Shown: positions 39,920 through 50,481 of the stretch, one piece after another
Layout of the letters: each line of letters begins with the position of its first letter
Numbering within the stretch: the first letter of the stretch is position 1
Source of the DNA: an uncultured delta proteobacterium
Lineage (GTDB): Bacteria; Desulfobacterota; Binatia; UBA9968
Assembly (NCBI GenBank): GCA_963745035.1
Contig: CAVUVW010000013.1
Span: forward strand, 1,888,001-1,952,000
DNA length: 64,000 nt
Direction of reading: 5' to 3'
Notes under the pieces: generated by a model
The model's database searches: none
Seen by the model: the letters and a program-made list of their open reading frames with translations, nothing else
Told to the model about the DNA's origin: nothing
Position numbers and translations under genes: made by a program

Positions 39920-40543
39920 ATGCAGATCCCCTTGCAGATCACATTCCGCAACATGCCGCGATCCAACGCCATCGAGGAAAACATCCGCGAGAAAACCGCC
40001 AAGCTGGAATCGTTCTTCGACGGGATCACAAGCTGCCGAGTGATCGTGGAGGCGCCGCACCGCCACCACTACAAGGGCAAAGCGTATGTTGTGCGTATCG
40101 ATATGTCGGTTCCGGGCGATGAGTTGGTGATTAACCGCGCGCCCAAGCGGCTCGATGCGGCGAAAACCGCCGACCCGCAGGAGCTCGAGACCGATTTGGC
40201 CGAAAGCCACGAACCGAGCAAGCACGCCGCTCACGAAGACGTATACGTGGCCGTGCGCGACGCCTTCAACGCCGCCGGGCGCAAGTTGCGCGATTACGTG
40301 CGCCGCCGGCGCGGCAAAACCAAGGCGCATGAGCCCACACCGCTCGCGCGCGTGGCCAAGCTCTTTCCCGCCGAGGCCTATGGTTTTCTCGAAACGGCGG
40401 ACGGTCGCGAAGTGTACTTTCACAAAAACAGCGTGCTGCAGCCCGGCTTCGATCACTTGGAGCTCGGCACCGAGGTTTATTTTTCCGAGGAGGCCGGAGA
40501 AAAAGGCCCCCAGGCAAGCACCGTACGCATGGCCGGGCGGTAA
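39920..40543 (+). CDS. HPF/RaiA ribosome-associated protein fused to a cold-shock domain
   Basis: MQIPLQITFRN...DVYVAVRDAF (HPF) plus YGFLETADGREVYFHKNS...GPQAS (CSD). Confidence 0.9.
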   Translation: MQIPLQITFRNMPRSNAIEENIREKTAKLESFFDGITSCRVIVEAPHRHHYKGKAYVVRIDMSVPGDELVINRAPKRLDAAKTADPQELETDLAESHEPSKHAAHEDVYVAVRDAFNAAGRKLRDYVRRRRGKTKAHEPTPLARVAKLFPAEAYGFLETADGREVYFHKNSVLQPGFDHLELGTEVYFSEEAGEKGPQASTVRMAGR

Positions 40544-40661
40544 ACGCCGCTCCTCTACGACGCCTGAGTAACTTTGGCTGGGCCTAGCTGGGCGGATGGC
40601 TTGACGATCGACGCCCCGTGCCGACGAAAGTTATAAGTTTCAGCTGCGCTGACGCCTCGAC

Positions 40662-41329
40662 CTAACGCGAGATCGGCGCGCTGTCGTAGGATTCTAACAG
40701 CTCGGCCGGGTCCCGATAGATCGCGATGCATTCCGGCTTGCTGTAATTGATTGACCGTCCAACCGCCGCATAACAGTCCCGATCATGCGTAAATTCAATT
40801 TGCCGGCTGCCTGGGCATCATACGGCGTGTCTCCGACGACAATCCCTTCATCCGGGGCGATTGCGCCCAGCCGTTCGAGAGCGAAGGCAAACACATCCGG
40901 GTGGGGTTTGGATTTTTCGACATCTCCGGAAGAAGTCTCGGTCGCGACAAGATCTTCGATAGCGGCAATTTTCTTGTAAGCATCGAGTTCATCTTTTTTT
41001 GCGGAAGATGCCAGAGCAATCAGCCTTTCGTCCTGTTTGATGCGCCGGAATAGATCGCGGACCTTTGGAAAACTCTTCACATGCGGCAGGTACTCTCTTT
41101 TGAAGAGCTCACCGCGGTACTTGTCCAATTCCTCACCGAATCGATCAAGTTCATCCTTGGAAAAAAAGACCGGCAGGAGCTGATCGGCACCCTTGCCAAT
41201 TTCCTTGCGGATCGCGGCCACGGAGACCTCCTTTCCGAATTCCGCGAACGCGACTTGCCAAGCCTTCGCGTGCAAATCGACCGAATCGACGATAGTACCG
41301 TCGATGTCGAATATCACTGCGCGAAGCAC
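40662..41329 (-). CDS. HAD family hydrolase; C-terminus affected by +1 frameshifts (~40779, ~40731)
   Basis: FDIDGT, SKPHPD and VGDTPYD; the corrected tail reads IGLLCGG...IYRDPAELL. Confidence 0.85.
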
Positions 41330-41619
41330 AACTTCATTCCTCAGTTCGTCTCACAGCTAACGTCACAAGGAGGACAGCCCCATGACAGGAGCTTTTCTGC
41401 GCCAGATGCGTGATCAGTTGCAGCGTGAACGCCGCGCCCCGTCGCGCCCAGGTTGTCTGGTTTCGGTAATCGCATGAAACGTTTCGTCCGCATCCTTTAA
41501 CTCGTCCACGAATAGCAACCCGGCTAACGTCAAGACGCTTGGCGCGCGCGGCCGGTATCTGTTCGAGATCGACAACTCCGTCTCCGACACGAATTTCGAC
41601 CGCGATTCGCGTTTAATCC

Positions 41620-42435
41620 TTACAGTTGATTCAGCTTCACGACCGGCCACGCAACGACCTCCTGATAACAAGCGAAGTGGCAGAGCGGGCTTGTATCGGG
41701 CAGCTCGACACCGATCGGACGGGTCATGGTATTTACGCGGACCTCGACTTCGGCCGTTTGCAGCGGCCACTGGCGATGGTGGATATCTCCGTATACGAGA
41801 GGCTCCGGCTTGAAGGCAGCGTAAAGCCGATATCGTTCCGTGAGCCAGTGATCGAGTGTGCCTGGCGCGGCGTGATAAACGCCGCCGTTCTGCCGATAGT
41901 TCGCCTCGAACTCCGCAGCGGGCTGACCGTGAATCCGGGCGCTTCGATATTTCACCTCCGCGCCCTGCCCCTCCACCTTCATCTCGGCGTCGTAATAGGG
42001 AAGATTCATGCAGCGCGCCGCCCTGACCGCCAGCCAGCTGCTTGCATCTAAACTAAAAAACCAAACGCCCGGGCGGTCTTGAATCTTCACGTAAGTGCGA
42101 ACGTTCAGTTCGGCAAAGGCAAGAGATATCGGAACGTAGCGCAGGCGCACACCCGACATGTGAAACGGCACGATGCCGATCCAGCATTGGCCATCAAATG
42201 CATCGAGATCGATTTCTCGAGGGATCAAGGGCCTGATGAGCTTCGGATGCACCGGCCAATGAAGAAACAAGAGATCGTGCCAGCGCATGGACATCGCCCA
42301 GCGTGTCTCGGGCATCGGCCAAGGCCGGTGCGCTGTCTCGGCGGTAACCGACTTACCGCCTATGGAACAACCGGCGGCCAAAGCGCTCGCCATAGTGTAT
42401 TGGGTGATCCGAAGAAAGTTGCGCCTGTACATCAA
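41620..42435 (-). CDS. YqjF / DUF2071 family protein
   Basis: WHDLLFLHW, ELNVRTYV, GVWFFSLDA and WLTERY. Confidence 0.85.
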   Translation of the reverse strand: MMYRRNFLRITQYTMASALAAGCSIGGKSVTAETAHRPWPMPETRWAMSMRWHDLLFLHWPVHPKLIRPLIPREIDLDAFDGQCWIGIVPFHMSGVRLRYVPISLAFAELNVRTYVKIQDRPGVWFFSLDASSWLAVRAARCMNLPYYDAEMKVEGQGAEVKYRSARIHGQPAAEFEANYRQNGGVYHAAPGTLDHWLTERYRLYAAFKPEPLVYGDIHHRQWPLQTAEVEVRVNTMTRPIGVELPDTSPLCHFACYQEVVAWPVVKLNQL

Positions 42436-42646
42436 GGCCTTCCTTGCTGGTATCCGGAGTATCTTCGCCGCAAGCCGGACGCCGAAACCGGCCTGGCGCT
42501 GATCGACCTGTCAGGCGGAGAAAATCGATGAACGCGCCAGAGCGGTCAACTCTCGTGTCGCTGGCGATCGGGCGCGAACGCAATCGGCGCAGCTCGATGC
42601 GGGCTGCCGGAGCCAGGAGAAAACGAAATTTCCACCGCGGCGGGAA

Positions 42647-43330
42647 TCAAGAGACGAGCTCAACGCTTACGCCCGGCGCAGCATCAGCGACCGTTTCCGT
42701 CTGCGCGGTTGTCATAAGCCGCTCCGGATCCACCCCACGCTCGATGAGCTCCCGGCGTACGAGCTCGGCGCGGTTCTGCGCCAGCGCGGCTATTTCCTTT
42801 GGATTGATTTCGATACGCTCCAGCACAAAGCGCTCCAGCGACTCTTCGGCTATAGGGCTGAGTGGCATGGCCGGTTGCGTGACGCCGCGCAAATCTTTGT
42901 AGACGCGCACGAGAGCTTCCTGGTAGTGAGCGCCCTTCGCCGCGTCGATGCGCTGCCAAAAGATTTCACGTTTCAGCGCCGCCAGATCGCCCTCGCTGAC
43001 TTGGCCGCTGAGGCGCAACTCGGTCCGCGACTTGTCTTTCAGGAGCTTACTCACGACATCGAGCTGTTGCGCGCTTTGAGACTGCACGGCGGCCATGCCC
43101 GGCTCGAACAAAATCGGCTCGACGCGCAGCCCGCCATGCGGCCGCCCAGCGTAAGCATGTTGCCCATGAAACGAAACGGCGCCGAGATTGCCCTCACGAT
43201 CGCGTTGCGAACGGCCGTCCAGATGAGACTCGGCGCGTCGATCTGCGGCCGCCTTGGCCATCCAGCGCGAGCTGCCAGCGAATCGCGCCGCTGATGTCTT
43301 GGAGCAGCGTCAACGGCCATATCCAGCGGT
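42647..43330 (-). pseudogene. C-terminal fragment of a DUF748/OmpA-like membrane protein
   Basis: LIWTAVRNAIVRAISAPFRF, then (frameshifted) ILFEPG...LAQNRAELVRRELI. The N-terminal bulk is absent. Confidence 0.55.
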
Positions 43331-43817
43331 ATGCCGATGCGGCGGCTGAATTCTTTTGGATGCGCGCTAGTGGTGGGTGGCTGGAGAGAAAACCGCGCCC
43401 GCCGTCTTTGAGGCCGCGGCGACCCATCTCAACGCATCGATCAACGCCTCTTTGGAGTAACCGGCGCGACGTAGGATCTCCACGCATGGCGATCAGCCGT
43501 GTTCTTCACTCCGACTATACCCGCGCGTCGTATTCGACGATCCACCCGTGCAATCGCAAAATTGTCGAAGATCGCTCATGAACTCGAGTCGCACCTGAAC
43601 CAGGATCACGCGGCTTTTCGCACCGATCGGGCCTTACCCGATCTCCCGTGCACGACTTCTCGCGTCCTCTGTCGGATTCGTTTCTTACACCGAGCCATCG
43701 CGGCATCACCCGGGGCAGACAATCTCCCACTTTTCCCACTAAACTTCTCCCATAACCCGCCCGTTTGCAATGAAATCGTAAATCAAATAGTTAGACAAAC
43801 CCGGAAGAGAGGCCCTC

Positions 43818-44723
43818 ATGCACTTAATTAGGTTTTACCTTCGAAAAAGCCCATGGCTCATTCGGTGGGCGCGTATAACTCGAGCGATGATCATGCTCGG
43901 ACCGGGTCGCGGGGCCCTTCTCAGGCTCTGCCAGAATTTAAGCAAGTGTGCGGCGCCGGCATTGGAACCGGATCGGGCGTTTACCGATGTTAACGTTGAC
44001 AAAATTGTCGCTCACATAGAAAACAATGGGTATGCTCATATCGCTCGTCTATCGTCGGACTATCTGAGCGAGATTCTCGACTATTGCGAACAAAATAATC
44101 AAAGCTCTTATTGGAACCCACACCAGAACTGTGACGCAATCGACCGGCTTGCTCGCAACGAAAAGCTTGTAGAGATCGCTCGCAACTATCTAGGCGCCGA
44201 ACCGAAATTATGGCTCACACAGCTACGCTGGACATTCTGTGCGGAAGATCAGAACAGGAGCGCGGATGCGCGCCGGAAAAATTCCGCCGACTATAATTTC
44301 CATGATTTTCACTACGATTGTCGTGACTTCAAATCGGTGACGTTTTTTATATACTTGAGCGACGTCACCATGGACTCGGGGCCGCATATGTTTGTTCGAG
44401 GCACGCACAAAAACAAAACGCTCCGCGAGCTTATGAATATCTCGATCAGCGATGATTTTGCCAAGAAATTATACGGCGACAAGATTCAGGTAGTTTTAGG
44501 AGAAAAAGGCACTATTTTCGCCGAGGACACAAGCTGCTATCACAAGGCCGCTGTCTGCGAGAAAGCAAGCCGATTAATAGCTTCTTTTGACTACGTCGTT
44601 AGAAAGAAGGCTCCCCCTGTCCCATTTTCGGCCGCGCCGGGATTCAAAGAGGAACATTTCGCCTTACCAAAGCATGATGTTGGCTCGGGGCGCGCGAAAA
44701 TCACCGCCGATCTTCAAACGTGA
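43818..44723 (+). CDS. Phytanoyl-CoA dioxygenase-family 2OG-Fe(II) oxygenase
   Basis: FHYD, FIYLSDV..SGPH..VRGTH and DTSCYHK facial-triad pattern. Confidence 0.75.
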   Translation: MHLIRFYLRKSPWLIRWARITRAMIMLGPGRGALLRLCQNLSKCAAPALEPDRAFTDVNVDKIVAHIENNGYAHIARLSSDYLSEILDYCEQNNQSSYWNPHQNCDAIDRLARNEKLVEIARNYLGAEPKLWLTQLRWTFCAEDQNRSADARRKNSADYNFHDFHYDCRDFKSVTFFIYLSDVTMDSGPHMFVRGTHKNKTLRELMNISISDDFAKKLYGDKIQVVLGEKGTIFAEDTSCYHKAAVCEKASRLIASFDYVVRKKAPPVPFSAAPGFKEEHFALPKHDVGSGRAKITADLQT

Positions 44724-44734
44724 GGAGATCCGTT

Positions 44735-44865
44735 ATGGAAAAGGCTCTTGCTGCCTTTGCCCCGTATGCGTACGCCATTCTGCGAATCATGCCGGGCTAC
44801 TGTTCCTTTGTCACGGTGGGCAAAAACTCTTTGGCTGGTTCGGCGGCCAACCGGTTCCGCTCGGG
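44735..44865 (+). pseudogene. Truncated DoxX family gene
   Basis: GAGGAG RBS; MEKALAAFAPYAYAILRI then (frameshift) AGLLFLCHGGQKLFGWFGG, ending abruptly. Confidence 0.65.
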
Positions 44866-45548
44866 TGTCACCCCTTAGCGTTTCTATAACGCCGCACAAG
44901 CCAGTTCTTTTTCTCTAGATACTGCTCCACGAAGGACAGAGCCTCGTATAGAGCTGGTTTCCGGATCTCTCTTTTGTGATGATCCTCGGCGCCGCGGCGA
45001 GAATGTCCACTGCTCGCGCGACATCCCTCGGTGTTAGCTAGTAAGAGGGCGCCGGTAGAAATTGATCCACCGAACCGGTGCGCTGCGGCGGCTGCAGTTT
45101 CCGGCTCTCCGCAAGTAGCCGCGCGGTCACTGACAAGTCGGATTAACGCTATTAGGGCCGTTTGGATGACATTCTTACCTGCGCCTTGCAAAATGGTACG
45201 CCCAAACGTCTTTGATCAGTTCGTCATCAAGCGCGTTTATTCATTACAAACTCCTCATTACTTGATTACTCTGTCCGCCCCTTGCCATTACCTTTTTTTT
45301 TGCGGAATCGTGACAGGCCACGCGCCGGTAACTGGCCGCGAGATCGGCGCCGTAGTACAAAAAGCCCTCCGGCAACCCAGAAGCAGAGATAGACCCGCCT
45401 TTCCGCTATGAGCTTGGGCACTCTGCGGATAGCCGCGCGAACGAATCCGCCCCATTTAAGTCCCGGGGGCACCGTTTGCTTACCGAGTGGAATTCCTGTA
45501 TTGGCACGGCCGACCGAAGGTAGGAACAGATGCCGACTTATAACATAG

Positions 45549-46304
45549 ATGTACTTTCCGTTTTTGGATTTTGAGAAGTTGAGCGCCCAATTGCGTCCGT
45601 ATCTGATTTTTTGGGGTTTAGGGCTGATCGCTTTTTCCGCAGAGTACCTTTTTCCTGCGCGAAACGTTCCATATCGAGCCGTTTTTTTTCGCGATTTGGT
45701 TGCCCTCGGAGTGTACAACCTCAGTTTTCTGTTGGTGCTACCGGTTTCTGATCGCATTCCGATTCCTAACTACGTGCCTGCGATCGTATCGAGCCTGCCG
45801 CTCGCTGTTAAACTGCTGCTGTTTTACATCGTCGAAGATTTCGGTCTGTACTGGGTTCATCGCCTAATGCACACGAAACCCCTCTGGCGAACGCATAAGT
45901 GGCACCATTATCCGAGCTACATGTACTGGCTGGCGGGAGTCCGAACTTCGATCCCGCACATTTTCTTGTTCAATGTGACGTTTATCGTGGCGAGGCCATT
46001 ACTAACCGGCGCTCCTTACTGGATTTTTCAGCTGATCGTCTTCGAGCACATGCTGCGCAACAACTGGATGCATATGAACGTATCGTGGAGTTCACGCTGG
46101 TTGGAACATTTCGTGGTTACTCCTCGATACCACCATGTCCATCACAGCAGTGATACCGAGCATTACCGCTCAAATTTTGGCTCCTTGCTGACCGTGTGGG
46201 ACAGAATCTTCGGGACTTACACCGACCCTGGCAAGGTGAAACAAGATTTAAGGTTCGGCATCGGCGAACGAGTCGCTCCCCATCGTCTCGTTCTCGGCGT
46301 TTAG
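45549..46304 (+). CDS. Sterol desaturase / fatty acid hydroxylase family protein
   Basis: HRLMH, HKWHH, HMN and HHVHH histidine boxes; NFG...WDRIFGT. Confidence 0.9.
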   Translation: MYFPFLDFEKLSAQLRPYLIFWGLGLIAFSAEYLFPARNVPYRAVFFRDLVALGVYNLSFLLVLPVSDRIPIPNYVPAIVSSLPLAVKLLLFYIVEDFGLYWVHRLMHTKPLWRTHKWHHYPSYMYWLAGVRTSIPHIFLFNVTFIVARPLLTGAPYWIFQLIVFEHMLRNNWMHMNVSWSSRWLEHFVVTPRYHHVHHSSDTEHYRSNFGSLLTVWDRIFGTYTDPGKVKQDLRFGIGERVAPHRLVLGV

Positions 46305-46368
46305 TTCACAAACCGCGGAGGCCTGATGCGCAGCGTCACACGATGCGATTAGTCGCGCCGGCTTTCCG

Positions 46369-46668
46369 ATGATCAGCCCAGCCGACTTCGATCAGCAACA
46401 CGGCAAGAACTCTTTTTCTCGCCTGCGGACACCGCTCAAGAATCCAGAGTTGAGCTATAGAGATATCGGCACGAAGCTCGGTCTAACAAAGCAGCAGATC
46501 GCACAACTTGCAAAGCAGATGGGCCTTGAAGCTGCCAAACGAATTCCGAAGCGATTGATCGCTTTTCGGGAGGTAGTCGACAAGGACTATCCGGTACAAG
46601 TCGCAGCCGTGATCAGGAAGATCAACAGACAGGCGTCTCAGCATCGGCCCAACGTGCTGCCCACATGA
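46369..46668 (+). CDS. Hypothetical HTH-like protein (possibly a remnant)
   Basis: SYRDIGTKLGLTKQQIAQL HTH-like segment. Confidence 0.4.
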   Translation: MISPADFDQQHGKNSFSRLRTPLKNPELSYRDIGTKLGLTKQQIAQLAKQMGLEAAKRIPKRLIAFREVVDKDYPVQVAAVIRKINRQASQHRPNVLPT

Positions 46669-47087
46669 ACAGCGCTTCGGACCGCTGTGCTTCATATTTC
46701 GATTTAGCTTTTCGAGTAATGCTTGGACGGAAGCGGCGGCTTGCGGATTCTGCGATTGGAGAAGCCGGTGCGCCATCGCGTCGGTAATCATGAGGGTGGG
46801 GATGTTCCAGGCGGACGCATCAGTTGTGGCGACGAGCAGCGGCAGAGCAATGAGGGGGGTGAGATGACTAATTGAGGCTCGGCGCGACTATGGTCGCATC
46901 CTGCCTCACGGCAATATAGCAATTTACAATGAGCATCAATGTGAAGATGCCCGTAACTGCCCTCAACAGTCATGTAATTCTCTTCGGTCCTATTAAATGA
47001 CCAACGTCTACTAATGTTAGCGTTTCTTATGCCTCTTTGATTAGCAATTAGGTTATTTCCGTCTCGTCTATTTTTGTTACTTGCTCA

Positions 47088-47121
47088 TTATCCGCAGCTT
47101 ATCCACAGATTTTGTGGATAA
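47088..47121. promoter_or_regulatory. DnaA-box cluster
   Basis: TTATCCGCA (47088), TTATCCACA (47099) and inverted TGTGGATAA (47113), next to an AT-rich tract at ~46975-47090. Confidence 0.6.
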
Positions 47122-47568
47122 CCTGAACGGAGGCACGAGGTCGCGTAATCTACGATAATCGAGAGGGTCGGTCGGCTACATCAGGGAAGTACGAGGTGCT
47201 AGCCAGGGACACTCAAGGCACTAGATTGGGGCTGTCAACGCAACTCTATTGGTCTGTACCCGCCGCACACGCCGGTGGCATGACAGGCGTGTCGCAAGGT
47301 GCACGGAATGTGTCATCGCTGTCATTCCTCGCGCAATTGTCGACTTCAATACTGCTATGCCACTCCCAACCATTTTTCCACATAGTTTCGGAAGTTTAGC
47401 GCTGTACCATTACGAGCAAGCTCCCGCAGGAACTCCAAGATAGCTGATTGGCATCCGTTCTGCTCTCCTGTACTCGTAAATTCCGTCAAGTGGTCTTGAG
47501 TCGCCCATTTAGACTCAGACCCGAGTCGCGGGTAATGATTGCCTTCATTTATATGGGGAGGGAAACTG

Positions 47569-47769
47569 ATGGCGAATAAGAGCACAAACGGTAGCCCCGC
47601 AGCCCAAGTTTGCCTGGAGTTATTTCCTGATCCATTTGACCAGCTGCAAGACATTAAAAGCCGCATGACGAAATGGGATGAGCGGCATCGCTCTTTGCTC
47701 TCAGAGGCCGCGCAAACTGAAATCGAGCTGTATGGAAGACTCACCCCTCCTCATCCGAAAAGCTCTTAG
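47569..47769 (+). CDS. Small hypothetical protein
   Basis: GGGGAGG RBS, 66 aa. Confidence 0.4.
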   Translation: MANKSTNGSPAAQVCLELFPDPFDQLQDIKSRMTKWDERHRSLLSEAAQTEIELYGRLTPPHPKSS

Positions 47770-47856
47770 ATAGATATAGCCCTCTATGGCTAGAGACCCG
47801 ATGCTGGCGCCGCCGTGTCGCTTGAGGGTTTCGAGCCTAGTCGTTACGTGACCAAT

Positions 47857-48214
47857 GTGTCCATCGATAATGCGATCGGCAGCCTAGCTGTGAAAGAACT
47901 CAAATCGTCCGTTGAGTGGTATCAGCGACATTTCGGAAGATCGCCGGACTCGATTCCCATGGCCACGGTTGCTGGAATGGAAGTTTCCTCGCGGCGGGTG
48001 GTTACAGGTATACGAGTTGCCGGACCGTGCTGGGCAGGGATCCTGCACGTTGGCGGTAAGCAATATCGACGAGATGATAGCAGTTGTCGAGAAGCTCGGA
48101 GTCAATACACGTCAAAGAACGTCGGAAGAGAAGGTGAAAACTCTGATGATCACTGATCCTGACGGGAATCACATCGCCTTCGCTGAGGCTATCGACAAAA
48201 ACATGGCGAGATGA
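47857..48214 (+). CDS. VOC/glyoxalase family protein, one +1 frameshift (~47975)
   Basis: SLAVKELKSSVEWYQRHFGR...(A)EWKFPRGGWLQV...DPDGNHIAF. Confidence 0.8.
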
Positions 48215-48497
48215 ACCAGACTGTCGGACTCGACTTGACCGTACGGCAGAAATTCGTCTCCGGATCGACAATTTCTCGCCTGCCGGTTGACGGATTCACA
48301 GCCGTCCAGAGTTCGACGCCTTGATAGCCTTTTATCATGGCCAGGACCTTACGGCGGGACCAGCCGTACGTCTACGAGTCTGAAGCACCGCTCTTATAAG
48401 TAAAAAATGTTATGCAGATGAGTTGCAGGTCTTAAAGGCCAAAAGTATTTGTGCGTGCACGTCGGGAACTGAGAGCAGTTATCGGCCATTTTATGCC

Positions 48498-48512
48498 TGG
48501 CATCTGGGTTGC
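48498..48512 (+). promoter_or_regulatory. Putative sigma54 promoter
   Basis: TGGCATCTGGGTTGC, 35 nt upstream of ATG 48548. Confidence 0.6.
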
Positions 48513-48547
48513 GACCATTTGGAACCGAAATCTTCCGGTGTCATCGC

Positions 48548-49390
48548 ATGAAGCAGCCGAAGCGACAAAAGCAGCAAGAGAAGCTCGATGATCTAATCAG
48601 AGACTTGGAGCGTGATCTTTCGGAAGGTAAAAGCCAGGTTGCTGTGCTTGAGGAAGCCTACAAACGCCTGGACGAAAGCGAGCGACTTTGCCGAGAACTT
48701 GTCGACGAGAACAGGCGTCTGTTAACAGAAAACAGTGGCTTGCGGGAGCGCTCTGCTAAGAATGAAGAGAACGAAAGACAGCTAAGTACACTTCAGCAAC
48801 AGCTCGAAACATTACAAGCACAGCACGAACGAGCAGTCGAACGAAACCGGGAACTCGAACAAAAACTGACGCTTGGTAGGGATACGCAGATCAGTACTTC
48901 ACAGGCTGCTCAGAGTGACGGCACCGGTATTAGCCAGAATACAGCTAACGCATTTCAAGCAGTTGTCCGGTCAACACAAATCGCCGGCGCGTGGATCCGT
49001 GGCAATTCGCGTGTTGCCTTGGCATTTGCTTGTGTCGTTATTCTCGTGATTGCCGCAGCACTCACGCTCGGAAGAAAGGAAGCGGGACCATCGAAGCGTC
49101 TACCTGCCTACGAATCAGAACATAGAACGGAAATTGAGCACGCGCCGGAACCGACGGTAAAGCCCGTGGTCAACACTGTTCGGCCCATCCGAGGTGTGTT
49201 TCAAACTGTCCGTCCGGCTATCGTGTATAGTAGACCAGGTGAGGAGTCAGAGATTGTAGCTAACATCACAAAAGGAACCCGGGTGAATGTTGTGAATTCG
49301 CGCAATGGCTGGCTAGAAATCCACTCTAAGCACGGGAGACCGCCGGGATTCATACGCCAAGAGGTCGCGGAACGTGTAGCCTCGAACTGA
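48548..49390 (+). CDS. Coiled-coil / single TM / C-terminal bacterial SH3 domain protein
   Basis: N-terminal heptad-rich region, TM VALAFACVVILVIAAALTL, and SH3b-like VYSRP...GTRVNV...NGWLEI...GFI. Confidence 0.7.
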   Translation: MKQPKRQKQQEKLDDLIRDLERDLSEGKSQVAVLEEAYKRLDESERLCRELVDENRRLLTENSGLRERSAKNEENERQLSTLQQQLETLQAQHERAVERNRELEQKLTLGRDTQISTSQAAQSDGTGISQNTANAFQAVVRSTQIAGAWIRGNSRVALAFACVVILVIAAALTLGRKEAGPSKRLPAYESEHRTEIEHAPEPTVKPVVNTVRPIRGVFQTVRPAIVYSRPGEESEIVANITKGTRVNVVNSRNGWLEIHSKHGRPPGFIRQEVAERVASN

Positions 49391-49426
49391 CCTCTGAATC
49401 GGTTTTCATTGAATTTTGGCTTCCCC

Positions 49427-49610
49427 TCATAACGACTCGCGAAAAGTCATCTGCGTCCTCGGCCACTCAATATCGCTGGTCCCGTACTTCAAATTGATGG
49501 TCTTGCGGTGAGTTAGCTTCCCGTTCAGCATGATTCCGGCCTCAAGGTCGATGGTGCCGACGTAAATCCAGTTGCTCGCCTGATAATCGCTGAAAATCGT
49601 CGTGTCGGAT
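49427..49610 (-). pseudogene. Remnant of a Mom-family (phage adenine-modification, GNAT-like) gene
   Basis: Manual translation YQASNWIYVG...LNGKLTHRKTINLKYGT resembles the YQAxNWxYxG motif; no intact start. Confidence 0.45.
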
Positions 49611-50429
49611 CAGGTTCTCGATATTGATGTGGAGGCGGACAATTTGCGGACAGGTTGGTGAAATCACCAGTAGGCATCGATAGTGAGTGCAGCCCTGCTG
49701 ATGTTCAATCAGTTGGTCTGAAGCGATCAGACACGGCTCGGAACGAAAGAGGATCACCAATTACGAGCGAGAGTCTTATTTGTGAATTCGTTCGAAGAAT
49801 CCGACGTTTTCAAGTTCCTTCATGGGCGTGGCCGTCCGCCGCACTGGATATTTTTTTGGAGCACATCACTCCATAACTCTCACGATCAGTCATGGGGATG
49901 GACGCTTCTTCGGGACTTTGGTGTGATCCAGACAGACTAGAGCGCTACTCGTTTGTCCGCCGGGATGAGGCGACTACGGACAGTGTTCGCTGGGTTTGGT
50001 TTGAACGCGTTTTGTTTCACAAGTCTTTTTTGGACTTGCATGGAACAGGCTCGATCTCAAATTGGTGGAGGCGGGGGGAATTATACTCCGGCCATAAGTA
50101 GTTGACTTCGTGGATATTAACTCATCAAGAAATGTTTCGTGCCCCCAAAGTGGCCCCCATGTACAGTAGCTTCAGCCGGACAGCGTCGGACGATCCTGGA
50201 CATACCGCGAATCAATTCAATCCTCCGGGCTACTGCGCAGAACGGCAAAGTGGAATCAGCAGCAGCTGAATCCAACGACAGCATTTTTCCTCCGTAATAA
50301 ATCACGAGGATTGAATCGCTGGAGAGCGTACTTCAAACTGGACTTTGAAACATGGCGGAAACGGCGCTCCCACATTTCCGGAACGACGATTCTTTACGAC
50401 AGCAACTAACGGTCAACCAGTAGGTCGCT

Positions 50430-50481
50430 GGGATCGAGCCGGCTACGGAAGGTACCCGACACGAGGATTTTCAGTCCTCTG
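50430..50481 (-). mobile_element. tRNA-Phe(GAA) 3' fragment (att-like site), copy 1
   Basis: Minus strand CAGAGGACTGAAAATCCTCGTGTCGG is the tRNA-Phe anticodon arm and variable loop; a degenerate T-loop (GGCTCGATCCC) follows. Confidence 0.75.

Noticed and set aside
47804-47840. Possible tRNA 3' remnant (ctggcgccgcc...gagggtttcgagcc)
   Set aside because: Similarity too weak to assign.
43818-48300. Classical integron cassette array (attC sites)
   Set aside because: No convincing RYYYAAC...GTTRRRY imperfect palindromes, no intI, and the genes have long spacers.
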